Positions 12,095 to 23,335 of a DNA stretch of 64,000 nt are shown piece after piece. The stretch is taken from NCBI GenBank assembly GCA_030295235.1, contig AP026127.1, forward strand, positions 620,001-684,000, given 5' to 3'. A program made the position numbers and the translations under genes. The stretch comes from Fistulifera solaris (taxonomy: Eukaryota). Below the pieces are notes generated by a model. It ran no database searches, had not been told where the DNA came from, and saw only the letters and a program-made list of their open reading frames with translations. Numbering within the stretch: the first letter of the stretch is position 1; each line of letters opens with the position of its first letter.

Positions 12095-12817
12095 TGTTGT
12101 TGATTATCAAAGCAATCTTGGCCTTGCAGGATGCAAAGGTCAAAAGACTATTCAATCGCAAAATCTTGCATCCACGATGGGTATTCTCTACAAAGACGAA
12201 GGCGGAGAAAGACGCCAGTGCAAGTGCAAGACCGTTTTGCGCTTGGAGCAAAAATGCAACGAGAGGGGGAGAAATTTTTTACTGGCGAAAAACGAATTCC
12301 CTACTCATCGAAGCTATAGCACATTTCTCCTATAAGGAAGTCAATACTGAGCACAATCCAAGGGGTTTCTGTTTCTTGTGTCCATTTCTTACTGAACCTC
12401 TTATCAGGTGAGTTAATTCTCCTAAGAGTCTAACAGACTAATATGTCAGCCTTTTGAGACGGTGTGATTGGTGCCCATTCATTTCGATACAAGAGGAATC
12501 CGTCTGCAAAAGTTCAACGTCGGCTAGGTTTTTGTTGCATGGCCCTAGCTCCTAGCCATCTACCCATCGACATACCTCCTTGGCTTCTCTAGGCATGGTG
12601 AACCGAAGACGGTTTCGAAGATAAGCGCCTAGCAAGCCAACCTCTTTGCGCTTCGCAACTAGCATGCTTTTAAATCGCGAGACAACGCACTCCTAATGAT
12701 GTGTAAACTTATTATTTGTAATGTAGCATCGTTATTTGGGTTTTTAGTCGTTGAGCTCTGTACAGTGTAACTTATATGAAAGAGGTAAGGAAACTATTTG
12801 AATGGCAATCCATCAAA

Positions 12818-14328
12818 CTATGAGATTGTGAGGAGATATTCTTCCAGCGATTCCGCCTCGGCAGCTTCTCGCAACTTCTTGAGGCATTGTTTCGCCAGCT
12901 GGTTAACTCGAGTGTAGCTAAGACCCATCGCGTCAGCGCACTCATGCAAAGTACGAGCTCGCCCGTCGGTCAAGCCATATCGCAACCTCATCAATCGACC
13001 TTCCCGCACGTCCAAGTTCCGAGCCATGGCCGCTAATATGTCGGCGTGCATTTGGGTCCGATCGGCCAGGTCTTGTTCTTCAATCGAATGTCGTGATTCT
13101 ACCGTCTCTTCGGGACCATTGTCAGCGCCGCTTCGAGATTGTCCCTTCATCTTGTGGTCGAGAGAGAAGACGCGTTTCGCTTGCTTCATTTTGCGTTGGG
13201 TGGATAAGATCTCCGCCACCGTAAGGCCAGTTTGCGCGGCAATCTCCTCGACGGGAACACAAATGTCGAGTGAACTCCTTTGCTCATTTGATGTGTCGGA
13301 CATGGCGAGAATATCTTTTGGGCTTTCAGAATCTTGCTCCACTTATTCTTTTCGCGAAGAGGTAAGCGAACAATTTCACAGTCAGGGACGTGGCTATTCG
13401 ATAAGGTACCCTTTATCCAAACCACCGCGTAGGTAGAAAAGCGTAGTCCCCTCTCAGGATCAAACAACTCGGCTGCTCGTAGCAAACCAAGACTGCCCTC
13501 TTGCACCAGTTCCTGCTTTGTAACACCCGTTCGCGCGTATCGACTCGACCACAGCTGGTTCACCACCGCATGAACAAGACCAAGATTGGCTACCACTAAA
13601 TCATGCTTCGCTCGTCGGTACGTAGCCACCTGTCGACGCAGTTCCTTCGATGTCAAACCGGCCAAGTCTGCCCATTCTTTGTGTGTAAGCTCCTTCCCTC
13701 TTTCGAGCGCATCAGTGCGGATCTTATATAAAGCCGCTCCTTCTTTGATTGTGCGAGCCAGGGCAATTTCTTCTTCAGGGGTAACTCTTTTGTTTTTCGC
13801 GAAAAGAAGATCGTTCCTTTTCGTTTTGTTTGCGCTGGAATTACTCTTTTGGCGTCTCGTCTGCAAGGCTTGCACTGCTTTTTGCGGCAACTGTTCGGTG
13901 ATCGAAATCATGGCAATTTTTTCCATCGTAGACTCTCCATGTTTCTCTAAAAATTCATCCGGGCCTTTATCAATCAATGTCTGTACATCGGAAGGCAGAA
14001 TTTCTGATCCAGTCGATTTCACGAGCTGCTGAAAACCAGGAACCGATGCTTCTACAAATAGCTCGTCATTCTCTTCGACTTGCATCGAGTCGTACATCTC
14101 GTCAAAAGCATAGTAACTTTTTGCGACATCGAAAGTGATATCTTCTGTGGATGATTTGGTCTCATGGCCTTCCACAACTTGCAAAGAGGCATAACGTGAC
14201 GCCGAGATGGGTCTCCTCGACGCGATTCGAGGTTGCAAAGACGTAACGCAAGGAGCGGTAAGCGCCACTGCAAGAATTGCCAGCGATGCTCTACTTCGCT
14301 TTCGTTGTTGATTCATTGTTATTGTCAA
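12818..14328 (-). CDS. Second nucleus-encoded plastid sigma-70 factor; apparent frameshift near 13320
   Basis: Leader ...APCVTS-L. Region 1.2: TPEEEIALAR. Region 2: ANLGLV, ELVQEGSLGLLRAAELFDPERGLRFSTYAVVWIK. Region 4: MRLRYGLTDGRARTLHECADAMGLSYTRVNQL. Confidence 0.9.
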
Positions 14329-14973
14329 ATAATATTATTCGGTGCGTTGGCTCGGTCTTTCTCAAACTATGACCGTAACAAAGCAATCGGTGATTGTAAT
14401 GTAATCTCTGCTTGCTCAGCGTTTTCCAGCGTTGTTGTCCTTTTGGCTTGCTCAGCGGGAAAGTTTGCCAGCGATGGCCTTTTCGCGGCTTGCGATTATG
14501 CGTCATCCAACATGCTGGCGTTGCGAGAAAAAAGCGAACCGCGAGGGAGTGACTCATTATGTTAGCCACTGTCCATCAATCTGTACGATTTGCCTTCTGC
14601 TTTCAAAAGATCGGAGTTTCAAGTAGCCAATCAGCTACTTTGACGCGCTGACTCAAACGTGAAGTGTCGACCAAAATGTACGCTGCCATGTACTTTCTTG
14701 ACCGCAGACGTCAGACGAATGACGAAGAATGCCTACGCAGCGAACTCTAACCTTAGCGCATGAAAACGATTTTGACACACGTTCAAACAGGGTTTCATGC
14801 GCACCCATCATAGCCTTCCTTCAGTCAAATCGCACTTTAACTCATGAAGATTGATGAAAGGGCTCATTCAATAAAAGAGTATTTGTTTTTGCAACATAAG
14901 CAGTTAGACCATCATTCATGTACAAAATATACTGGATCCTACGTGTATCCCGGGAAATATTTTTGGGTCATTT

Positions 14974-15190
14974 AGTCACGAGTTTCAAGGAGGGTCCCGT
15001 CTGTCCGTGCGTCCACCTACGACATCGGTTAGTCGCTCTGCGACAGGGGATGCCGTTTCATTACCGGTCCGAGATGTCCCCTACATTATAAATGTAGTGT
15101 TGATGTCATGCCACTTTCTGCCCTTACTGTGATCATAGGTCAAATTTCTGCCCAAAAATGCAAGGGGATTGCCCATGAAATTTTTTTCTT
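14974..15190 (+). repeat. Dispersed repeat copy A (possible transposon terminus, Helentron/DINE-like)
   Basis: Colinear blocks shared with 46990-47200: AGTCACGAGT, GGGTCCNGTCTGTCCGTGCGTCC, CTGCGACA, TACCGNTCCGA, CCAAAAATGCAAGGG. Confidence 0.6.
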
Positions 15191-16322
15191 CGCAGTTTTG
15201 CAGCATCTCTATCGACAACTGGTCATGTGTTTGAAAGGTTTTTTTTTCGTTCTAGCTAATGCCATCATTAATATCATCATCCGTGATATTTGACCTCGTC
15301 TGGTCTAGTAACGGCACATGAACTGCGTGACGCTGTGACGAAGCGCTTCGAAAAGGGACCCTGAGGTCGTCGTCATGAGTCATGAGGGCCTTATTGCTAC
15401 AATCATCTCAGTTTTTTCCGATGTGTAGAATAATTTGAGTAGTCATGGACATCCCAAGAGGTCCTGTCGATTCTGCCTATACCAGGTGGCGGGTAGCTTT
15501 TACTTCCGACCGAGCCAATCAGAATGTAACTGCAAGTCGTCAACAATAACGACTGATAAGCGCCCGCACTCCTTTCATAGGTTGTAAGTTTCCATTGACT
15601 ACGTGTCAGGTTCTACGTGAATGTATCAACGGACGGGTATGGGTGTCTACTTCCTCGGTCATCTCGTCTGGAATCATGGATAATTATCTCCGTTTGGCGC
15701 AACGTTTATGCAAAATATACGGGCTAGATGCTTGCGGCTTTGTTCTTCTGCACTGAGTGCCGTTGTTTGTTTTGTGTCGACATAGTAAGAAAATGTTGCT
15801 TGTCCAAATGTTTCTCTAGGATTTTCGTTCCCTACGGGTTTGCCTTTTCATGCATTTATGCATACATGCCTCTGCTAATTCGACTGTCACAAGGTTAAGG
15901 ACAGTTAGAGTCTACTCCGTACTAAAGAAACTCAGCGCGGTTCACGGACCAATTTTACACGAGAAATTCTTGGTAATGCAGAAAATAAATACTCTGGAGA
16001 ACGACTACTTATCGCTTGCTTGCTGTAACGCTTTTAAACCATAAGAGACCGTAACTTCTCATTTATTCAAGCTTTTTTGGCAACACATCGTGCCGCATGG
16101 TCGCGGGGGATGTATCAGCCAATGACTCGGCGTGTGTTGCCTTCGACCTAAATAGCCGAGAATGGAAGTCGACTTGTTGTGACTTGTGCGTTTGATGACG
16201 CGGACCACAAAAGCAGACACGAAAGAAACGGGGGCTGTGTCCCTGTAGGATTGTAAACACACCAGCCCTTGCAGCTCAACCTTTCTATAGGAACTACTGA
16301 TCTCAATGGTACAAACTAAATC

Positions 16323-18383
16323 TTACAACTCGATTCTCGATCCGATTGGGATTTCGTGAAAAGCACCTTCCGACTGCGGTTGAATACCGAAAACCCTGCA
16401 AAAGAAATAGTATTCACTGCTCAACGCATGACTGACGTTTTCTGGTTTGCGAAAGCCGTGCTGCTCGCCTTTGTAAATGACAAGAGTAGTCGGCAAATTT
16501 TTCGTCGACAACGCCTCAAACATTTGTTCCGCCTGGTTTGGTGGAACAACCTTATCTTCACCTCCTTGCAAAAGAATAACTGGACAAGTCAGATTATCAA
16601 CGAAGTTGATAGGACATCGCTCATCATATACATGCTTCATTTCTGGATATGGGCCGATAAGACCGTCCAAGTATCGGCTTTCAAATTTGTGAGTTTCTTG
16701 TGCAAGAGCATTGAGATCTCCTATGCCGTAAAGCGAAGCCCCAGCTCGAAAGGTATCCCGAAACACAAGAGCAGCCAGCGTCGAATAACCGCCAGCACTA
16801 CTGCCATCGATGCAGAGCCAGTCCTCCCTTGCAAGCCCTTTCGAAACGCAGTACTTCGCTCCATTGCAAGCATCATCAATGTCCAGTATTCCCCAGTTAC
16901 CTCGCAAGCTCTTTTGGTACGCTCTGCCGTACCCCGTGGAGCCACCGTAGTCGACATCCAAAACAGCGAATCCCCGAGTGGTCCAGTATTGAATATCAAG
17001 GCGGAAGGTCGTAGATGTTCGCGCGGTTGGTCCACCGTGTGCTTTGACCAGCAGAGGCGGTTTTGCTTCCGGCGAAGAGAGACTAGGAGGATAGTAATGT
17101 CCGTACGCATACCCGAGTCCATTGCAGCTCGACGGAGACGGGAATTTGATGTGTTTCGGAGTCGACATTGCGGTTTTCAGATGCGTCCACACGTCCGCAT
17201 CAAACAAATCAGAAGCGGGATCGAACACTGGGACTGCCACGGAATCATCGACACCGGGAGTCTTCCACACCCACACTGCCGGAGGCGCGGATGTGGAGCC
17301 TCCAAAGAAATACAGAGCTTGTTCGCTATCGGAGTAAGCCAGTGACGAGATCGAATGAGGAGGAAGACACGACCGTCCATATTCGCGTACAGAACCCGAC
17401 ATGAGATCGATGAAGACGAGTCTTGATCCTGACGAATCGTCATTTCCCGAGTCCGGCGGTGGGGCATAATTTGCAACCAGCATGCGCTTGTCGCCCATGA
17501 AAACGAAATTGTGACAACCAAGCATCCAGCCACATTTTGCTTCTGAGAAATCGGCATCAATTGGATACAAACACTTCAAGCCGTTTGTATTGGCTTCCCA
17601 TTTGTAAATGTTATACCACCCTGACTGGTTGTAAAGAAAGAATAGTTTTCCTTGAAACCATGCAGGGGAATAAACACCAAAGCTGTCGTTGTGACAGGTG
17701 GAAGTGACAGGTTGAGCATCAGGAACTTGATCGCTCGTGGAGGGATCGATGCTTTCCTTTGTAACATATAGAACACTGTGATCCCAAGGCATGTTCGGAT
17801 GGTCCCACGCAACAAAAGCCAAGCGTTGCGACGAATCGTCCCAACAGGGAGACGAATAGAAATCCTTCCCGCAAGCAAGCGTACGATACTTTGCCGTCCC
17901 ATCCAGAGCGACGGCTACAATTGAGTTTTGAACGTTGGTGGGGTCGGAATGATCCTCCATCACGGCCAGCAAGAACACGTCGATCGCACCTTCGACAACT
18001 TTAAAATCGGCCAATCGACATGCTGACTTCGTAGCAGCTGCTGGAAATATTTGCACCGCTTCTTTTTCTTTCGATAACCAGTAAACAACATGACTGGGAA
18101 AATCCGTAAAGATCACTCCGTCTCCATGCGGCCCGACGCAGAATGCCCCACCGCCGTATTCGTGTACCGCCGACCGGACATTGTAGAGTTTCGGATCAAC
18201 GAGAGTCACTGCTCCCGCAGCTGTCACATGTTGGATGGCCGTCTTTCCTTGGCTTTCTGGATCGTTACACGAAACATAAACACCGACGGTGGGCGCCGCC
18301 ATCATTTCCGCGAGCGAAGACGCCTTGGCTTTGCCCACCATATCCGCGGAGATCGGCGAAATGTCGTCCGTTAAAGATATCAT
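16323..18383 (-). CDS. S9-family serine peptidase (dipeptidyl/acylaminoacyl peptidase-like)
   Basis: HGGPT, GFAVLDVDYGGSTGYGR, nucleophile GSSAGG, QGGEDKVVP (Asp), GEQHGFR (His). N-terminal VHEYGGG. Confidence 0.93.
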   Translation of the reverse strand: MISLTDDISPISADMVGKAKASSLAEMMAAPTVGVYVSCNDPESQGKTAIQHVTAAGAVTLVDPKLYNVRSAVHEYGGGAFCVGPHGDGVIFTDFPSHVVYWLSKEKEAVQIFPAAATKSACRLADFKVVEGAIDVFLLAVMEDHSDPTNVQNSIVAVALDGTAKYRTLACGKDFYSSPCWDDSSQRLAFVAWDHPNMPWDHSVLYVTKESIDPSTSDQVPDAQPVTSTCHNDSFGVYSPAWFQGKLFFLYNQSGWYNIYKWEANTNGLKCLYPIDADFSEAKCGWMLGCHNFVFMGDKRMLVANYAPPPDSGNDDSSGSRLVFIDLMSGSVREYGRSCLPPHSISSLAYSDSEQALYFFGGSTSAPPAVWVWKTPGVDDSVAVPVFDPASDLFDADVWTHLKTAMSTPKHIKFPSPSSCNGLGYAYGHYYPPSLSSPEAKPPLLVKAHGGPTARTSTTFRLDIQYWTTRGFAVLDVDYGGSTGYGRAYQKSLRGNWGILDIDDACNGAKYCVSKGLAREDWLCIDGSSAGGYSTLAALVFRDTFRAGASLYGIGDLNALAQETHKFESRYLDGLIGPYPEMKHVYDERCPINFVDNLTCPVILLQGGEDKVVPPNQAEQMFEALSTKNLPTTLVIYKGEQHGFRKPENVSHALSSEYYFFCRVFGIQPQSEGAFHEIPIGSRIEL

Positions 18384-19133
18384 GTTGTTATGAGCTTCCT
18401 GATTGATTCAAATTTCGATGTGCTTTCAGCTATCACCTTTCTTTTTATGATGGGCTTGTTATTTCGACATGACTGCCGTCGTCGCGGCAATATAAGAAAC
18501 GCGCACACTCTAATAATAATTGTTCGTGACTGAAATCCAGTCATGGTAAAGGTCCAAGACGTCGGTTCGCAAATATTTGCGACGTGACTAGCGATTTGCG
18601 TCTTGAAAATGGTGCAAGAGATATTTGTATTAGTATTAAGGCCTGTTGGATCACAATATTAGCAGGTTAGACGGTAGACGGAAGCCAGTGGTCATTTACG
18701 GACTTGGGGCAACTTCGATTCATGACTGAAATGCAGTCGTGGCGCCTGTAAACCAACACTTTGGACTTATAGTCAATAGAGAAGCGGACTATGTCAAATG
18801 CTTTCCGACGTTAATAAATCGTGGCGTGTACAAATGCTGTAAGAGGAACTTCTTGTTGACTACAAATCCAGTAGATGGGATCAAGACGGGAACAAAGTAA
18901 GTGCGGATACGGTTGATGACATGACCCTCTTGACTACAAGATCTATGTAGTCTTGGTTTCGTAGAATCAACACTTTCGTCTTATAGTCAAGTACCAGATA
19001 CCGAGAAAAGGAGCGGTGCACAAAAATAATCAACAAAACTGTCTTCGCAGTTCATCGAAAAGCAACTGCTGCCATCTTTTCAAAAACTATCCTAAAATAA
19101 CTCCATTTCAACGTTCAAGTACTAGTTCAAAGC

Positions 19134-19379
19134 ATGTCTTCAACACCCGAAAATAGCAAAAACGCCAGTGGGCATCTGTCTTTGCTGGACGATAGTCCGC
19201 TGAAGGAAAAGCAGTCCCGCACGCTGTGCGAAGAGCAGTGTAATCCAATGCTGGAGCGAGCCAGCAAGTGGATGGCGCAACTGGAATCCATTCGTGACGA
19301 CTATGCGCTCTTGAAAGTCAAAAACGCTATTCTCTTGGACCGTCTTGTCATGGCCGGAGAAGACATTGATGAGAATTGA
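19134..19379 (+). CDS. Small coiled-coil hypothetical protein
   Basis: 81-aa ORF with an A-rich start context and a heptad-like segment LESIRDDYALLKVKNAILLDRL. Confidence 0.5.
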   Translation: MSSTPENSKNASGHLSLLDDSPLKEKQSRTLCEEQCNPMLERASKWMAQLESIRDDYALLKVKNAILLDRLVMAGEDIDEN

Positions 19380-19498
19380 GCGGACATGCATCGTGTCATT
19401 CGATGACACGAAAGCACCTCTAGAGCTGCTGATGGATTGCAATATATATTTAGTAGAGTACGAGAAATTATATCATTGATTATGCATTATGCGCGTTT

Positions 19499-20695
19499 TT
19501 AAGTGGTTGCCTGCGTTCTTACTTTGACTGTAGGTGCGTTCAATCGTCGGGCTACGCCATTGACATGTAAAAAACCAAGAACGGCTACGACTCGTCCGGG
19601 TCGTTCGCCTTGCGCTCTTGTCATGGCAATTTGACACGCGGATCGAACGCCTGCCGCCAGCTGATCATCGCGATCCGACAAAATGATTTGCGTTGCCGGT
19701 AAAGCTACCGAAAGATATACGGCAAAGAGAAATGCCACGTTGGCGATGACAGGAAACAAAAGGGCTGGCTCAAGAAAAGAAGAGAATATATCCACCGGAG
19801 ACAGATCATTCACAATAGCAACTCTCTCAATTTCTGGGGGCTCACTCAACAATCTCTCTAAGAAATAACCCAAAGCCACATTGATCGACTCCAACATGAT
19901 GAGCGGAGGAAGAAACAGCCGTACTAAATCGCGAACAGCTGCTTCGTTTCTGGTCAGGAAGCGCGGAAGAGTGACGTACTGATTCATGTTTGCGTCACCG
20001 AGAAGGGCTGTGGTGAGTGAAACCGATTGTGTGGCGAAAAGCGATTGATCCCAATTCTTTACATCGATAAGATTTTTCCATAGTGATACAGATGTTTTGG
20101 GAAGATTCCCAAGTCGATTTAAAATATCATCAACATCTTGATCGGCAAGAACGATATCTGAGTTGTCTGAAGCTAGGCGAAGCGCGGTAGTAAATTCTAA
20201 ACCAGGCTCGAGCCCTGAAAGAGCGGATTGTAGGCCCCCAACACCTCCCAAAACGGCTGCGGCCGCTGCGGTAGATAGACCGCGCTTTTTGACCGTCTGG
20301 GTGACCATCGATGAGAACCGCTCGATCCACGGTTGAGGTCGCGTTAGTTCTTTATTTGACCCCATTTCACCGCGCTTTAAATCGGCAAATCGATTCGCAC
20401 AGAGTTCTAACACTACGGCGTCGGTACGCTCTGACAGAGCCAGTTCAACATCTCTTGCAGAACTCTGTGACCCATGAAAGCACCCAACAAGAATGACTTG
20501 ACATCTCGTGGTCGGTTCGATTAGTTCAACGTTACTGCCTCGTGAGGATTGAAGGCGAATTGCTGAGCAGGCATTGATTCTTTGCGCTCCACCCAAAACA
20601 CTGCGCGCATACTTTCCGGTAATTCCGGGCCGATTTGTCCAACTGGAGACAGTGCGAAATAATAATAGATAGCAACAAAACCGATCGATCTTCAT
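19499..20695 (-). CDS. TraB/PrgY-family protein, probably plastid-targeted
   Basis: Likely start MKIDRFCCYLLLFRTVSS-W. Motifs LVGCFHGS, VVLELCANR, PGLEF, DRDDQLA, VAVLGFLHVNG. Confidence 0.85.
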   Translation of the reverse strand: MKIDRFCCYLLLFRTVSSWTNRPGITGKYARSVLGGAQRINACSAIRLQSSRGSNVELIEPTTRCQVILVGCFHGSQSSARDVELALSERTDAVVLELCANRFADLKRGEMGSNKELTRPQPWIERFSSMVTQTVKKRGLSTAAAAAVLGGVGGLQSALSGLEPGLEFTTALRLASDNSDIVLADQDVDDILNRLGNLPKTSVSLWKNLIDVKNWDQSLFATQSVSLTTALLGDANMNQYVTLPRFLTRNEAAVRDLVRLFLPPLIMLESINVALGYFLERLLSEPPEIERVAIVNDLSPVDIFSSFLEPALLFPVIANVAFLFAVYLSVALPATQIILSDRDDQLAAGVRSACQIAMTRAQGERPGRVVAVLGFLHVNGVARRLNAPTVKVRTQATT

Positions 20696-21082
20696 TTTCT
20701 CATTGTTGTTATTTCTTTTCATAAACAAATAATAATGGTGGCAAGAATGAGCTCGAAATCCGGCGAATTTCGTTTTTTGTTTTCGCTTCAACTTCTTCCA
20801 TTTCATCAGGTCGCAGCGGGACAAGAAAAGGTCGTTGCCGTGGAATCCGGTATTCCTCATCTACATTTAACTACTATAGTCGTTGAATCTTGTGACGGCA
20901 TTTGGTGTTCTCTGAATTTGGCCACAAAAACGTTTTTCCGTCACAATTTCATTGCCGTTTTTTGGCTGGTGTGATGACGAAGAACAATCACATAGTCTTG
21001 AAAGGAAATGACAATCTTTTGATACCATCATAAAAAATAACCAATCTCTTTTACAAGAGCAAGAAGAGACGTGCGATCGACC

Positions 21083-21979
21083 ATGCGCTTTACCGTATCT
21101 TTGCTTGCTCTTCTAGCGGCGCATCCTGTCGAATGGATTGCGTCTGGAAAGGTAAGGGGAGGCGGTGTGATGGAATTCGGTGGTCTGTTAGGACATGAAG
21201 ACAGAGGCCACCATCATGAAAACGAAAAAGTTGAAGATATTGGAGCAAAATCAACAAAAAAGAACGACGGTACAGATAAGGGCACTGGCAACGACTATGA
21301 AGAGTCGAGCGAGGACGACGACGCTTTGGTGGATGATGAAGTCCCTACCGACGACGATGGGGCTACAGATGATGATGGTGGAACTCCACCGGATGACGAT
21401 GATACGCCATCTCCACCAGATGGATTTCAGCTGAGAGATTTATTCTTTCCATGCGAGTTAATAGAATCTCAATTCGATCTCCCGGTTTCATGCGAGCTTG
21501 ATGTCGTCGATGCGCTCTTATCCGAAGGAAGTGTCGGGATTACGGTAGAAGTGAATGATCGAGTCTGTACGCCTGCAATTCTGAATCGAAATGCATGTGT
21601 CAGTCCTATTTATTCGGCTTACTTTGGTATCTTCAATCTTGCTATTTCTTCGAGAGTCGACTTCACCAATATTACCGTGGGAGAGTTTGCATTAGGAGAT
21701 GTTGGACTAGAACTTGAAGCGTGTGGTACTGACTCGGAAACTGACAACTTCTTTTGCAGCTGCGCGGCCAGCTTCAATGGAAATGCATGCACGTCTTGTG
21801 AAATATGTGGGTTTGGTAACGGCAACCCCATCACTGGGGTATCCTTTGACTGCACAAACCTTGTCCCTCTTCTCTCCAGTTTCAACTCGTGCCAAGAAGT
21901 CGCCGCAATACAATCTTTGCAGGCGGACAGAATTCCAGTTTCGGTTCCCAACTTTATCAAGGAATTGGAGTTCCGATAA
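21083..21979 (+). CDS. Secreted protein with acidic Asp-rich linker and Cys-rich C-terminal domain
   Basis: Signal peptide MRFTVSLLALLAA. DDDG repeats. CSCAASFNGNACTSCEICG...FDCTN. Confidence 0.7.
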   Translation: MRFTVSLLALLAAHPVEWIASGKVRGGGVMEFGGLLGHEDRGHHHENEKVEDIGAKSTKKNDGTDKGTGNDYEESSEDDDALVDDEVPTDDDGATDDDGGTPPDDDDTPSPPDGFQLRDLFFPCELIESQFDLPVSCELDVVDALLSEGSVGITVEVNDRVCTPAILNRNACVSPIYSAYFGIFNLAISSRVDFTNITVGEFALGDVGLELEACGTDSETDNFFCSCAASFNGNACTSCEICGFGNGNPITGVSFDCTNLVPLLSSFNSCQEVAAIQSLQADRIPVSVPNFIKELEFR

Positions 21980-22753
21980 GAAGATTGGCGATGTAACCTA
22001 CCACATGGATCCTCCGACGCTTCCTACTCAATGTTCCGCTGTACCAGGTACTAGCTGCTGTCAAACCGCCCTTGTCATTTAACTAATAGATTTTATTTTG
22101 CATATTTTGTTGTACATGCGCGAATCTCAGCACGGAAATGAGTCTAATCCTCTACGCTCTCCGTGAAAAAGGATTGTTTTGTACTACGTATATTGCAGTG
22201 GCACAACTTCAAGTCTAGAGAGCCAGATCAGAAATAGCCTGAGTAATCTAGCCTTAGCTTTTCAATTTTTAGTTTTGAGTCACTAACGTCACTTCAAGCT
22301 CAGAGGTTTGTACTTCCACCCTTTCTTCCAACTTCCAACCGATGCGGATGCAGAGACCGAGGAAGTGTAAAGAATACCATACCATCAATAAGTGGCACGA
22401 ACGACCGGCGTCCAAAGCGATACGTGTTCTTCTACACATTGCCCTACAAGTCATTTTTTACTTATGCTCATTGCGGAGTAATTTTTCATGTGGGCAATGC
22501 TGCACGCTGCCTGCACAGCTGCGCGCTTTGGTTGTGCACGCGTGCAGCTGTGGTTACTGGTTAGGTATGGTGTCGGAGAATAACGAAAAATGAGAACGCA
22601 AGACCGAATAGCAGTTTATTGCACAGTCCGAGGTCCGAGGATCCATTTCATAGACAATCGACCGCACAATCGACACCATCCTTCGCTTTCTTCCACATCA
22701 ATAAAGGAAACAACAGCACTGACTATCGAATCATCGTCGGAGTAAGCTGCGAA

Positions 22754-23335
22754 ATGAGCAAAGAACAAACACACCTTTCTAACCTCGACGAAACAGAGAC
22801 CGAGTCAGAAGAGCTCGATCCTCCGTCAGAGTTTATCTGTGGCCTAACGATGGAGATCATGCACGATCCCTTAATGAGTAAATACGGCCACAATTATGAA
22901 CGTGAAGCAATAATAGAATGGCTTACCCGAGGAAATGATTCGTGTCCCATGACACGTCGACCGATGAGACTTTCCGATTTGATTTCAAATCATAATCTTC
23001 GTGCTCGAATCGATGAATGGAGGAAGGAACATCGAGATGAAATCAGCAACCCATCTCTCGTCGAAATAACGACGCCGGTGCCGCAATGCTTCGGCGTTAT
23101 CAGCTTGGACCGTCAAGAAGTAGTGAGAAGACGCAGTTCATCCTCAACTCATCGGAGCACGCGAAGACATCGCCATAGACAAGGGTCCTCTCAACGACGA
23201 CCGAGTGCTGCACAGTCAGTAGCAACCGCGGCGGAAGTGCCTAGCGAACAATCTCGCCGAGGTGTGTCTGCTAGGTTCATGAGACGACTTTTCTCTGGCA
23301 GAGGTGTCGCATCGCGTGATGTTCAACAAAGTTGA
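22754..23335 (+). CDS. U-box E3 ubiquitin ligase domain protein
   Basis: PSEFICGLTMEIMHDPL...GHNYEREAIIEWL...CPMTRRPM...LISNHNLRARIDEW. Confidence 0.9.
   Translation: MSKEQTHLSNLDETETESEELDPPSEFICGLTMEIMHDPLMSKYGHNYEREAIIEWLTRGNDSCPMTRRPMRLSDLISNHNLRARIDEWRKEHRDEISNPSLVEITTPVPQCFGVISLDRQEVVRRRSSSSTHRSTRRHRHRQGSSQRRPSAAQSVATAAEVPSEQSRRGVSARFMRRLFSGRGVASRDVQQS

Noticed and set aside
14974..15015. Minus-strand peptide THGQTGP(S/T)(L/F)(K/R)LVT shared by dispersed repeat copies A and B
   Set aside because: Too short, and I found no extended ORF in either copy. It is explained by nucleotide-level similarity.
16356..17345. 329-aa antisense ORF over the S9 peptidase (and similar antisense ORFs over CDC48, DDX41 and the sigma genes)
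   Set aside because: Shadow ORFs opposite well-supported genes, with no recognisable motifs.
8284..20860. Bacterial contamination or a prokaryotic island suggested by sigma-70, TraB and S9 peptidase genes
   Set aside because: The sigma and TraB genes have eukaryotic bipartite targeting leaders, neighbouring genes have spliceosomal introns, and there is no operon structure.
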